Below, piece after piece: positions 24,170-40,592 of a DNA stretch of 64,000 nucleotides. Under the pieces are notes generated by a model. It saw only the letters and a program-made list of their open reading frames with translations, made no database searches and was not told the DNA's origin. The stretch lies in assembly GCA_044892525.1 (NCBI GenBank), contig CM097885.1, positions 21,020,001 to 21,084,000 on the forward strand, read 5' to 3'. The stretch comes from Schmidtea polychroa. Lineage: Eukaryota. Within the stretch, counting starts at the first letter, position 1. Each line of letters starts with the position of its first letter. A program made the translations under genes and the position numbers.

Positions 24170-24362
24170 TTTTATAATAATTTTTAATATACTGCTTTAT
24201 TTATATTACTACTGAAATAACATATGTTCTGATTGGTTGATAGACTATAAAAATAGGAGTTTTGATTTGATACACCATTAAAACTAAATTCATATTGGTA
24301 TAATGAGTGTGTGCTAAAACTAATAATAATAATAATAATAATACCATTGCGAGTTGTTGAGC

Positions 24363-24433
24363 GTGAGCAGTACCCTTGTGAGCATTACCCATAGGGGGAC
24401 AAAATATTTTGTCGGATAAACTCGGAGTATATA
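24363..24433 (+). promoter_or_regulatory. Conserved cis motif shared between the Polinton and the palindromic elements (function unknown)
   Basis: ...TACCCATAGGGGGACAAAATATTTTGTCGGATAAACTCGGAGTATATA differs from 52367-52438 by 4 substitutions and 1 indel. Confidence 0.6.
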
Positions 24434-24699
24434 GATTAATACTAATACTAATAATAATAATAATTATATGACCTTGAAAATGGTCTCGGGAAAACGATAA
24501 TAACTTTGTCAATATTAATGATGATGATACCTTCAATAGCTCATTCGAAAGGTCTTGCACTAAGCTTTAAAATGAGCTATCGAACGATGAAATAAAATGA
24601 TTGAAACGACAACTTTTGGGCAAACGAAAACCAGGAGCCCGCTAGATCACTAATAATATTTTGAATAATAATAATAAAATAATAATATTTTTTTAAATA

Positions 24700-24931
24700 A
24701 TAATATGACCTTGATGAGTCATCACGATGAGTCATATGACCTTGAGAATGGTATTGATGAGTCATGGTCTTTGTTTAAATGACCTTGATGAGTCATATGT
24801 CTTTGTTTAAAATTTGACCTTGAAAAAAAATGTACTTTTAGACTTAGAAAATTTTTTTAAAATTTTCCGGCCAAGGGAGGGGGTATGTGATCTAGCGGGC
24901 TCCTGATCTAGCGGGCTCCAATCCATCTACT
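24700..24931 (-). repeat. Probable Polinton right terminal/TIR region
   Basis: Short repeats (TGACCTTGATGAGTCA; TGATCTAGCGGGCTCC x2) ending in CTACT. Predicted TSD CATGGT (24932-24937); the partner end is not in the window. Confidence 0.65.
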
Positions 24932-25596
24932 CATGGTACCTATACTTGTACATATAGTACTACATTCACATACGCAACTTTTGTGTTGAATTTTACAATA
25001 CAAGTGAATACTATCGGCCACTCTTTCTAATATTTGAAATGGTGATATTTTTATTGTTGGATTTGTTTAAATGAAGTAAAATAAGTATATATATGTAACA
25101 CTAAATAGAGAACAATGAAGAATCAGAGGTACGCGGAGCGATTATTTTAGAATGAATATATTTCCTACTTCATGTTATTGTAAAAGCATTCTGCCGATGA
25201 AAGTTCTCCCATAAAAAAGAGTATCATTGCCGATATTTATTGTCAGTTCTAGCTAGAAAGTAAAATTTATGCAGTCCTCCTTTCTATATGTAAACACGCA
25301 ATTTTCATGCAATTTCATGCAATGATTTCTAGTGAGTTTTATCATAAATTCATAAATTAAAGAATTCCATCTAGAGAGCTAATGCAAATTGGTCATATAA
25401 TTCAGATAAATTTGTATCTACAACAAAGTAAATTTTTTTATCAAAACTTTATTTATCAATGTATAAAGTGATGAATATTAATGAAATTGCTATGTTATAG
25501 TCGGAAAATTTTTAATTTGTATGAAATATATTATTCGCAGCAAAAAAGGCTTAAATTATCATTTAATTGTTTTATATTTATCAACATTATATTAAA

Positions 25597-26076
25597 TCTA
25601 ATATATAAAGATGAAAGTTTGTTACCCATAGAATTCCCTACCGTTGAATCTATGGTGCTGAAATTTTACATGTGACTATCATTTGACTCGGGACCACATC
25701 TAGAGGTTGTCCGGTCAGCAATTTACCATATAAATAATAATTTATATGCTTGCTACTTACAGTTGAAAATAATATAATTTAGTCAAAAGTTTTCAAAGCA
25801 GAATTCAAACATGGAGAATTTGAATTTTATTTGATTAGTGAACCAGTTTGCAATTGGAAAAATATTGTCAGTTATTTTTCGATTAAAATTGGAGTGTGTT
25901 TTCGATTTAAGAAATTGAAATTGATTTTAAAAGCTTTTCTTATTGTGAATTAAACATGGAATTGAAGATGTTATAAAATTAATACTGGACCGTAATAACA
26001 TCATTAAACAAAAAATTAATTTAAATGAATTATTATAATAAATGTAAACTCGGGCGAAGCCGGGTACAACAGCTAG
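25597..26076 (+). mobile_element. Non-autonomous Helitron
   Basis: A|TCTAATATATAAAG 5' end; 3' hairpin ACTCGGGCGAAGCCGGGT followed by CTAG|T; no TSD. Confidence 0.7.
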
Positions 26077-26295
26077 TTATCTATATTTAAAATTTATATC
26101 AATTTATAAATAAAATATTGTTTAACTATTTACAAAGTAAAAAATAAAGTTTATTTAAATAAACGAGAAAAGACACGTTGCAGAGATAAACTTAAGATAA
26201 AATTCAAGAGACTAAAAGTTTTGTGCCCGCTGATTTTTCAAACAATTCAAACTCCAATGTTGAACTGTCGACTTCCAATTTTGTTTCTTGTCCAG

Positions 26296-26529
26296 TATGA
26301 GGAAGTTTTATGATGAAGAAATTTTTAAATTGAAAATTTTAAAAATTAAATTTTAGATTAATTTTTAAAAAACAAAATAAGAAGATATTTTAATTAAAAA
26401 TATCTTCGTAGAAAATTTGTTTAAATAAGAAATTTCAAAGAAGATATAATTTGATTTTGATATTTACTGAAATAAAATTTATGGAAACAAAAACTGATTT
26501 TAATGTTTTACAGGATGAACCTCTTAATA
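26296..26529 (+). repeat. 5' LTR
   Basis: 4 differences from the 3' LTR over 234 bp. Confidence 0.95.
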
Positions 26530-27573
26530 TGGTGGCAGCGGTAAACACGGACGCAATCACCGAAAGATTGCTACCAAAGGTATTCTGCCAAGGAGACGAT
26601 TTGGAAAAGTTCATTAAAAGATGCGAAATTTATTTCGACGCCAAGGGAATCACGCAGAAGAAAGATCAGGAAAGATTAACATCTTGCATGATTGATGAGG
26701 ATCTCCTGGAAGTGTACGCCAAAACACTGAAAAAAGCCGAAGGATTCCAGGCTAGATTGCGATTGGCATTCGATCGCGAAAGAGATGTTTTAAAGGATCT
26801 ACAAAACTTGTTGAATTACAAGCGGAAGGGTGAAGAAATAGAAACGTATTTTAAAAAGGTGGAGGACCTTGTTGATAGATTGTTTGAAAATAAAGAATTT
26901 ACCAAAGAGAAATTAACAGCAAGGATGTTAATAGTATGCGGAGAATAAAGAAGTTGAGAAAGAAGTGATACTACGGAAGATAAAAAGCACAGAAGAAATA
27001 AAGGAAACACTAACTCTGATGGACAAAGTATACAAGCAAAGAGATCAGATAAACAGTATGAAAAGTTACGCCAGAGTGGTCTATCAGGAACCACAGGGAA
27101 GAGTACAATACAAGAAGAAAGAACAGAGAGAAGAAAGTATCCGAAGAGAAATGCCAGAATGCTGGTTATGCCACAAAATAGGACACATGAAAATTGATTG
27201 TCCAATAAAAGGTAAAATAGAATGCTGGACATGCCATAGAAGCGGACATATAAGTAGAAACTGTCCAGATAAAAAAGCTCCAAGATGTTTTGGGTGTGGG
27301 AAAGAAGGTCATATAAGAAGATTGTGTCAGGAAATACGTTGTGAAAGATGTAGCAGAAATGGTCATAGATCCGAGGAGTGTTATACAAAGATGAGGTACG
27401 GGAGGGCGACGGAGAGACAAAGATTCACGGGAAACAGATACAGTCGGATAAATGGTATCGAGGAAGAAGAAGAAAGGGAATCGTGTGTAGAGACAAATGA
27501 AGATAATTTTAGGAAGACGTACCCAAACAACAGGGCTCCACCAGTAGAGGAGTTGGTTGGAGCCATATTCTAA
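26529..27573 (+). pseudogene. gag: gag, frameshifted near 26945; four CCHC zinc knuckles
   Basis: Two ORFs in different frames; knuckles CWLCHKIGHMKIDC, CWTCHRSGHISRNC, CFGCGKEGHIRRLC, CERCSRNGHRSEEC. Confidence 0.85.
26530..26542 (+). promoter_or_regulatory. Primer-binding site, tRNA-Leu type
   Basis: TGGTGGCAGCGGT immediately after the LTR, complementary to the tRNA-Leu 3' end ACCGCUGCCACCA. Confidence 0.8.
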
Positions 27574-27581
27574 CAGAAAAT

Positions 27582-30500
27582 TTGATGGGATATCCTCAAG
27601 GAGCAGAAAAGTGGGAGAATGTTGGAAGGGTAAGCGAGAAAGTATACAGGTTCCTAAAGAGAGAAATGTTTGAAGAGGAAGTGGAAAGAATTGGAACCAT
27701 TGAAACGGAGCAGGTTGTTGAAATTTTGTATAACAGAATGCAAGGAAGGCCTAGTATAACAGTAAGGATGAATGGGAAAATTTCGACTGTTTTTTAGACA
27801 CTGGGGCAAGAATCAATGTAATGAGTGTGAACTGCTTTAACAAGCTACGAGGACAACAATTGACGAAAAGTGACGATAAGTTACGATGCGCAAACGAGAG
27901 TACGATCGAGACAATAGGAAAAACGAAGGTGCAAGTAACCATTGGAAATGTTTCGAAGGAAGATATATTCATTGTGGCGGAGAAAGTGACACCAGACGTG
28001 ATTGGAGGAATCGAATTTCAAGAAACATTTGGATTTAGACTGTTAAAAATTAAAGATATCGAGGCTAGTGAAAAAGACAAGAACTATATTTGTAACATTG
28101 AAGCAAAATTTGGCAGAAAAATAAAGGATGAAGAACGATTGATACGAGCGTTGGAACAGTTAAAGATAAATGAAGATAGCAAATTAAAGGAAATTATAAC
28201 AAACAGTGGAAACGTGTTTATGGCAGATAAATGGGATGTGGGTCGCACACATTTGGTAAAACACAAGATAGTTACAAGAGGTGAGCCGATAAACATAAAA
28301 CCATATCGCCAACCACTAAATTTGGAATCAAAGATTGAAGAAGCAATACAAAATTTGTACGAAAATGGAATTATACGGAAATGTAACTCTCCATGGAATA
28401 CACCGCTAATATGTGTATGGAAAAAAGAGAAAAAGGATATTAGACTATGCTTGGACTTTAGACAGCTGAACGCGGTAATAGAGAGGCAGGCATTTCCAAT
28501 GCCAAACATAGACGAGATGTTGGATTTGTTAGGAGGATCCGTCTTTTTCAGCTCAATCGATCTAGGTAATGCATATTACCAAGTGGAACTAGAAGAAGAA
28601 TCATAGGAGAAAACAGTTTTCTCAACAAAGAACGGACAATATTGTTTTAACAGAATGCCGTTTGGAATTACAGCAGCACCAGGTAAGTTCCAAGAAATGA
28701 TGACAAAAGTATTAGGCAAAATAAAGGGAGCAGTGGTGTATTTGGATGACATCTTGATTTATTCAAGCAGTAAAGAGAAACACTATACAATACTCGGAGA
28801 AGTGTTAAAGGCGATTGAGGAAGCAGGCCTAAGGATTAATCCAGACAAATGCCAAATAATAAAGGAAGAAATCAGATTCTTAGGACACATAATCAGCAAG
28901 GAAGGAGTACAGACAGATCCATCTAAAATTCAGGCCATACAGAACTTTGGGAAGCCTAATTGCGTAAAGAAACTCCGAAGCTTTTTAGGTATTTGCAATT
29001 ATTATAGAAGATTCATCAGTGATTATGCAAAGAAGGCAAGGATGTTAGAACAATTATGTAGCGGACCAAGTAACAAAAAATTAGAATATAGTGAAGGAAC
29101 GAATAGCGGGTTTGAGGGATTGAAATTAGCACTCACGACGGCGCCAATCTTATGTTTTCCGGATCTGAAAAAGGAGTTCATTTTAGATACCGACGCTAGT
29201 TTCGATACCATTAGAGCAGTACTTTCACAAAGAGATAAAGATGGAAAGGAAAGAGTAATTGCGTATGGATCACACTCGATGACGAGCAACGAGAAAAGAT
29301 ATTGTATTACAAGAAAGGAACTATTGGCGGTATATTATCTTTGCATTCATTTTAAGCACTATCTCTACGGAAGAAGATTCACGCTCAGGACAGACCACAA
29401 GGCAATCACGTTTATGATGACAACCAAGAAGCCGATTACTTCACAATTCCAAACATGGATCAATTATTTGAGCAGTTTAGATATAAGAGTAGAATACAGA
29501 AAGGGTATTAATCACCAAAATGCAGACATGGTGTCGAGAACTAAATGTGACACGTGTGTTCAATGTCAAATGGCCCACGAAGAAGCTAAGAAAGGAAAGA
29601 TAAAAACCAGATTACTATACTCGATCAGAGAACAAGGAAGAAGCAACATCCAACATGGAATTGTAGAAGAAGTACGAAAGAAAACGATGATACCTGAAAA
29701 TGAGTTACAAGAAACAATAAAGGAAATACATAGACTATTGTGTCATGCTGGAGTCGAGAAGATAGCCGATTATATGAAAGATAGATATGTTGGAAAACAC
29801 CTGTGGAGTCAGATTCAGGAAATTGTTGGAATTTGTGAGATTTGTCAAAAAACCAAGGCTTTAACAATAACAACGAAAGAACCAGTAAAAAAACAAGATT
29901 CGAAGGAAATGTTCGAAATTATATTCGTGGATATATGTGGACCGTTGACAGAAACAAAAGGACGAAAGAAGTATATATTGGGCATAATAGATCAGTATAG
30001 TAAGTATCAAGTCTTGACAGTGATAACAAAACAAGACGAAGAAACAATAAAGAAAACGATTTTAGAAAAGTGGATTTTAAGATTTGGATGCCCAAAGGAG
30101 ATAAGAGTTGATTGCGGAAAGGCGTTTGAATCAGGAATGATGAGAGAATTCACAAAGATGCTAGATATTAAATTATGTTTTTCGAGTCCATACCATCACC
30201 AAACAAACGGTCAGATAGAAAGACAATTCAGGACAATACGGGATTTTATAAATGCTACTTTACAGGATAGAAAGAAGACGGATTGGGCAGAGATATTACC
30301 AGAAGTCGAATTCACTTTAAATGCAACCAAACAAAAAACGACAGGGAAAAGCCCGGCAGAGATAGTTTTTGGAAAAAAGATTAGCAGGGAAAAATGGTAC
30401 GGGTCCAAAGAAATACCGATAAAGGAAGAACTAGAAGAACAAACAAGGAGAAAATTCAATGTAGAAGAAGAAGTATTAGTAAAAGTAGAAACACGCCACA

Positions 30501-30640
30501 AAGGCCAGGACAGGTATGAAGGTCCGTACAAAGTGATAGAGAAAGTGCATGACAGACGATACATCTTAAGAAATGAAGATGGAAAAAGGATCGAAAGAAA
30601 TGTGGAAAAACTTAAAAATTTCTTAAGAAGGAGGATATGA
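27582..30640 (+). pseudogene. pol: pol (protease, RT, RNase H, integrase) with a frameshift near 27790 and an in-frame TAG at 28604-28606
   Basis: Motifs LDTGA, LCLDFRQLN, MPFG, YLDD, DTDAS, TDH, HHCC, VDICGP, VDCG, NGQIER, YEGPY. Confidence 0.92.
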
Positions 30641-30869
30641 GGAAGTTTTATGATGAAGAAATTTTTAAATTGAAAATTTAAAAAATTAAATTTTAGATTA
30701 ATATTTAAAAAACAAAATAAGAAGATATTTTAATTAAAAATATCTTCGTAGAAAATTTGTTTAAATAAGAAAGTTCAAAGAAGATATAATTTGATTTTGA
30801 TATTTACTGAAATAAAATTTATGGAAACAAAAACTGATTTTAATGTTTTACAGGATGAACCTCCTAATA
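30636..30869 (+). repeat. 3' LTR
   Basis: Direct repeat of 26296-26529. Confidence 0.95.
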
Positions 30870-30940
30870 TCCAGTTTGATCATATGCAGAATCAATACAA
30901 TCAATCATGAATATCGTTTTCAAGCTGATCAGTGTGGAGC

Positions 30941-31170
30941 CAGTGGCGTAACTAGTGGACCCAGGACCCTGCGTTGCGGGGGCCCACCAGCTATAGGGGC
31001 CCAAAATTATTACTAAAAAAATATTTACAATCATTTTCTGAAACTTTTTTCCCGCAGTTATATTTGCCTACAAACATAAAACTATCATTGAATAGCGGCT
31101 GCTGTGAATAACTATGTATTTAACTTTAACCGAAAAATTTAAGTGGAAATATTTTGAAGTTCCGCCACTG
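30941..31170. mobile_element. hAT-type MITE
   Basis: TIR CAGTGGCGTAACT / AGTTCCGCCACTG; 8-bp TSD TGTGGAGC / TGTGGAAC. Confidence 0.8.
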
Positions 31171-31796
31171 TGTGGAACTGATGACTATTATAAATATCAA
31201 CTTCGAAAACTGTTATGATAAAAATAAATTAAATTGGGATTTAATTTATGGCTTCTCAAATATTTCTCAAGAAATGTTTCATATAGAATTTTTGAGAAAC
31301 GTTGGGCTAGGTGATTATTCAATATTAGAACAGTACATAATGTGTAATTGTTTAAATTTGATTGTCCATTTCAAGTATGTCACATACAAATTTTGACATA
31401 CAAATTTTGCCCATGACTTAAGTGTAAAAGGGATATGAATAAAAATGTTATGTAGTATGTCAAAATTTTCCAGATATTAATCAGTTAAATGTCAAAAACT
31501 ACTAACCCCATATCTCATTATTTGTTTATTCTACCTTGTTTTCGTAATTCTTTTGACAAAGTTTTTGTTGTAAATTAATAGTGAAATAATGATATCCTTG
31601 TTTAAATGATTGAAAAAAAATTAAAATTGATAACAGCATAAAATAGATGAAATTGCCCAAATTTATCCCTATTGTAACATTACTTTCAAATAACAAATCA
31701 CATGTAAAAACGAATATCCGCTGAAGCAATCTCCTGTTGACTGATTTCATACGGATTATCATAATCAAAAATATATTGTTTATATTTTGTCCCTAG

Positions 31797-35684
<3,888 letters not shown>

Positions 35685-36099
35685 GTAAGCAATTGCGTCA
35701 TTTAAGAATTATTCGAAATCTACGTATGTTTGACGGAGCAGCATCACAATATTAGTTTCTAACGGATAGTAAATTAAATATTTACTTTTTTATAATTTTT
35801 TTATTGAACACGGACAATGGACATATTTTAATGAGAAATTTTCTTCGACCTTATTTGATATGAAAATATATTTTATTGAATTTTCTTTATGAGTTCTAGT
35901 TTTCATTATCACTATGCTTTAGGTCAGAAGTCTTCAATGAAATGACAACAAATTCCAGACCTTTGACAGTTTTTAAATCATGGCATTGGTTACTACTGTT
36001 AGCCACATGCAAAAGTTATTTTTGAGTGCTTACTAATTTCTACTAATGACGATAATGCAAGGGGTGTCCGTAAGCATTTTGTGTTCTTATGTACTAAAT

Positions 36100-36341
36100 C
36101 AGTGGTGGCCAACCCAAATCAATCGAAGGGCCAAATTTTCGGAAAAATACTATCACGGGCCACAATAAATTCATTTAAATAAATACAACTCGTTTTTACG
36201 ATTCAAGTGTACTAAGAATCAATTTTTTAAATTAAAAACATGCTTAATTCGAATATGAATTCTAAAATTATTGATTTGATGTTTAAAATTGTGTCCGGGC
36301 CACATCAAAACGCTTCGCGGGCCACCGGTTAGCCATGGCTG
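36100..36341. mobile_element. hAT-type MITE
   Basis: CAGTGGTGGCCAACC...GGTTAGCCATGGCTG; perfect 8-bp TSD TACTAAAT. Confidence 0.85.
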
Positions 36342-36914
36342 TACTAAATCAACAAATTCTCATTAAGACATGCTAACAATGACACATCAGCTATGAAATT
36401 CAACAGTGAGACGGATATGTAAATGTAATTATTTCCTTTTCTTCAGTTATTTCTTTGATCATCAAACCCTTCAAAGATTTTTTAAATATGTACTGGCAGC
36501 TGATTTTTGTTTCATGATCTTCTATATTCACTCATCTTAGCTAATTTCCATTTAATTTACCAATGCTTTCCTTCATGCCCGTCCATTGCTTTGACATAAG
36601 GACAATAAATACAATCTACCCACGGAGGTAATGTGTTTTCCTTTACTATTTTCAATTTAGTTCAACAAAATTTTTAAATTCTTTTTGATTAATTCTTTTT
36701 ACCTTTAATGTTTTCTTTGAATTTAGCTTTTCATGATCATTGAGTGGTAATGTTTATTATTTTTCCGCATCCTAAAAACCAACACAATAAATAACAAGTT
36801 TTGTTTCCCCCGCCAAATAGAGAACATGTCTCAATAAGATTTTTAGTTAAGTTTAATAATGGTAAAGTCTTGTAAAAAATGGATGGCCTTTTAACATAAT
36901 TTGATGCTTTAAAT

Positions 36915-37292
36915 CAGTGTTTCCCAACCGATGAGTCGCGAGAGATCTACAGGTGTGTCCATAGATTAAAATAAGAAAACGAACTCCTCCCCTTCAGGAG
37001 CTTTCAAAATACTAAGATACATTTATCTTTTATCATTTGAAAGCTTATGCTTCTTATTTTGGAAAGTTATTTTTTCTGCAACTTTAAATTATAATTTTTT
37101 GAATACCCCATGTATTTTTTTTCAATGTTTTTCTCTTCAATATGAATTCAAAATTTATATCTTCATCTAAATGCGATGGTACAAAATTTAAACTTTAGAA
37201 AGTAAACAACTACATAATTTTTTGTTTAAGGGAGTCATGAAAAAAATCGATTTTTTGGTGTGTCGTGGGCTACAAAAGGTTGCGAATCACTG
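36915..37292. mobile_element. hAT-type MITE
   Basis: CAGTGTTTCCCAACC...GGTTGCGAATCACTG; perfect 8-bp TSD CTTTAAAT. Confidence 0.85.
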
Positions 37293-37817
37293 CTTTAAAT
37301 CTTAAAAGGATTGACAAAACCTTCTGGTGTCAATCAACCAGAAAAGATAATTTTGAATTTACATCTTTTGATTATCTATTTATTTGTGTTTTCAGTTGTA
37401 AATCTCACACAGCAGCGTTCAGGGATTCATCGGGGAAACAAAAGGAGAAATAAAGAAATGATGTTTTCATGACTATGTATCAAGACAGAATGAATAATAG
37501 AGTTGGAATACAAAGTTGAACGAAGCTCAAATATCAAAGTTGAGGAAATTACTATAATAGTAGACTGTATATCATGCCAGAGGTTGACTCGTTTCAAGTC
37601 ATTAGTTACAAAAAAAATTATTATACTTTAAGTGGAAGAGCAAAACTCTCAGAGAGCAAAAATATTTCATTTGATAAGAACCGAGAAGAAAGCTGCGTGT
37701 AAATGAAGGTAAATCAAAGCTAGAATAAAACAATTATTTTTGAAAAGCAAGGTAAAGAAATAAATTGGTATTAAACTGATTTCAAAGAACTGTGATATAA
37801 AAAGAAATAATATAGAG

Positions 37818-38785
37818 CAGCCATGGCCAACCGGTGACCCACGAAGCGTTTTGATGTGGCCCGGACACAAATTTAACCACTTGCCGGGCGATATTTTTTT
37901 CATGTTTTCGGTCAAAAAAAACTATTTTTTTTAAATCATTAATTAATAGTATATAATCAAAATATAACGTAAATATTTTTTAATTTTCTGAGTTTGTATT
38001 CACTAATTATTAATTATTGTTATTATATAAAAAAAATAAGAGCCACTGTGTAGATATCATCTCTTAGGATATTAAATAAGAGTCCCATCATAAAATTAGT
38101 CAACTGTGAGGCTATTAATAATACAGTGGGTCATTCATTTTACAAAACATATGTTTCTCAGATTCCAGCGTTTCCTAAACTGTTTTTTTAACAGTTAAAA
38201 ATAAAATAGTTCAAAGTGCACACACACACAAACACACAAACAAAAAAAACAGTTTGAAAAACACGAAATGTCCGAAGAACGAAGTGAAACAATTCAAAAG
38301 CGATGCAGTCGCGCACGTGGTTATTGGACAACTGATATTTTAGAAAATATGAAAAAAATACGAACCTGGAATTCATGTGTGTATAGCCGAAAATTCACAT
38401 GTGTTTATAAAAAAAAATGACCTAAGAAATGGCAGTTTAGAACATAAATATCGTAAAATAATGTTGTTCGAAATATCGCTCATATGTTAGTCCACGCCCG
38501 GGATCAGATTTCTTATTCAAAGGACAATATTTTTTCTATATGAGTTTGCGCTCACATGTGAGCGCTCGCCCGAAATGATACACATTTTTTGCACTCATAT
38601 TTGAGCGCGCGCCCGGCAAGTGGTTAAACATCAAATCAATAATTGCCTTTTTTAGAATTCATATTCGAATTAAGCATGTTTTTAATTTAAAAAATTGATT
38701 CTAAGTTTGCCTGAATCGTAAAAACGAGTTATATTTATTTAAATGAATTTATTGTGGCCCGTGATAGTATTTTTCCGGAAATTTG
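37818..38785. mobile_element. Inverted, truncated copy of the 36100-36341 MITE, interrupted by a piggyBac-like element
   Basis: 37818-37876 and 38624-38785 match the reverse complement of ~36130-36341. Confidence 0.8.
37877..38623. mobile_element. Non-autonomous piggyBac-like element
   Basis: TTAA-CCACTTGCCGGGCG...CGCCCGGCAAGTGG-TTAA. Confidence 0.85.
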
Positions 38786-39680
38786 TTAACTCAGGTTTAT
38801 GTTAGGTTTCCAACCCAGATATGCAGTTACATTACATATATTTAATTTTTCGGAACCTGGGGATAAGAATATGATTGTTTGCTACTCTTTTGAAGGTCAA
38901 AACAACTGAATTTAATAACTAAATCACTGAAAGAAAACATTGACTTTGAAGTACGTACAAAAGCAAACGTCAAATGTTATAAGTAATGACATCTTCAGTA
39001 TAACCACCATAAAAATCTTGTGTTTAAGGTTTTGAGTCTCAATAACCAGAATATTAATCTGAATCATACAGAACATATCCAAGCTTGAGCAACAGCATTT
39101 GAAAACATAAAATGACATCTAAAACTTTTATTTCTGTAACGCCTTAGGTGAAGTTCATTTGATTTGTTGAAAATTTTTATTTGAATTAAAAATCTTTTAA
39201 TCAGTGTTATTTTTTATATATACAAATGACAAAAGTTGAGAATTTGGAACCTCAACAAAAGTATTTATTTTTATATTAATTTTAAAAAATAAACATACAA
39301 ATGTCATTTTGAATGTCACATACAAATACTTCTTTTCATATATTTTTACAGATAAATTGTCATCTGTCAAGTAAAAGTTCTATATAAAATCCCGAATTAA
39401 AACGCAATGTAACGGAGATGACAATATGCACAAAAACGAGGATTCTGAGACTCAGAACTTACCATAAAGTGTGTGTGTGTGTGTTGTATGTTATTTTTTA
39501 TGTTTGCAAATTGAGTTTCGTTTTTGCGATTAACAAATGATTTCGATAGAGTACTAAACCAACCTTTAGTATCATTATTTGTTTGCTTTTCATTTAAACT
39601 TTCCATCCGATGTTTAATTATTATTTTAATTAACTGTATTTAATTTTTTGCTAAAATTATTTCCAACCCTCATATTTATA

Positions 39681-40391
39681 CAGGGGTAATCATATTTTTC
39701 CGTACACACAAAAAATGTTTAAAAATAAAACTCCCAGAAGTTTTTATTTTTTAATTTTATCTCTGTAATTAAAATTAAGAGAAAATTTTCTTTGTATATC
39801 TGTATATGCATACTTAAAGTACCTCAAGGTTCTATGAACTGTTGATAAAGAGGCCAGAATATTTAATTTCTGCTTTAAATCTCGAGCAGTGCATTTCTCA
39901 TTTAACTTAAAAGAGTGTTCTAACTCGGTTTTCATATGCCTTACTTCACATTTTGAAATTTTTGGCTTTGGTCCTCTTTTCCCTTTTATTATTGTCCATT
40001 TTTGGATAATATATTGTACGGATGATCGTGCAACTTGGTATTCTTTTGAAATACATCCATATGACAAAGCATCTTCATAATCCTCATAAATATTCTTTCT
40101 TAATGTTAAATCAAGCTATTTTAGATAATACAATCAAAAATATATAATATGTATAAAAAAACTAACCATATATATATATATATATATTTGTGCTAAAGTT
40201 GAATATGTATGGAAAAATATGATTTTATTAAAACTAAATTTGTGAAATTGGTAAACCTACTTAACTTTATACTAAAATTGTATATTAAAACAAACACGCT
40301 AATACAATATTGCTTAATTAAATAACAAAACTTTTATTTATTGCAATGGATTTAAATAAATCTAGTGTACGGAAAAATTTGATTACCCCTG
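39681..40391 (-). mobile_element. Internally deleted Tc1-like transposon
   Basis: TA-CAGGGGTAATCATATTTTTCCGTACAC...GTGTACGGAAAAATTTGATTACCCCTG-TA. ORF 39744-40067 resembles the transposase HTH region (SYGCISKEYQVARSSVQYII...RGPKPK). Confidence 0.85.
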
Positions 40392-40592
40392 TATATTATT
40401 AAAAGAACATTTAACAAATTTGATTTAAAAATTAAAAAATCAATATCACCATATCTCCATTGCAAATAACTCAATTAGAAAAACATAAAATAATGGAAAG
40501 AAAATTGGAATGCCTTGAAAATAATAGAAATTTGAAATTGCAAACAAAGTCCATATTGAAGATCATAGCGTATTATTTTTTTTCTTTTTTAA

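Larger units (their letters stand above)
26296..30869 (+). mobile_element. Ty3/Gypsy LTR retrotransposon, full-length but disabled
   Basis: 234-bp LTRs, 5-bp TSD TCCAG (26291-26295 and 30870-30874), PBS, PPT AAGAAGGAGGA, domain order gag-PR-RT-RH-IN. Confidence 0.95.
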
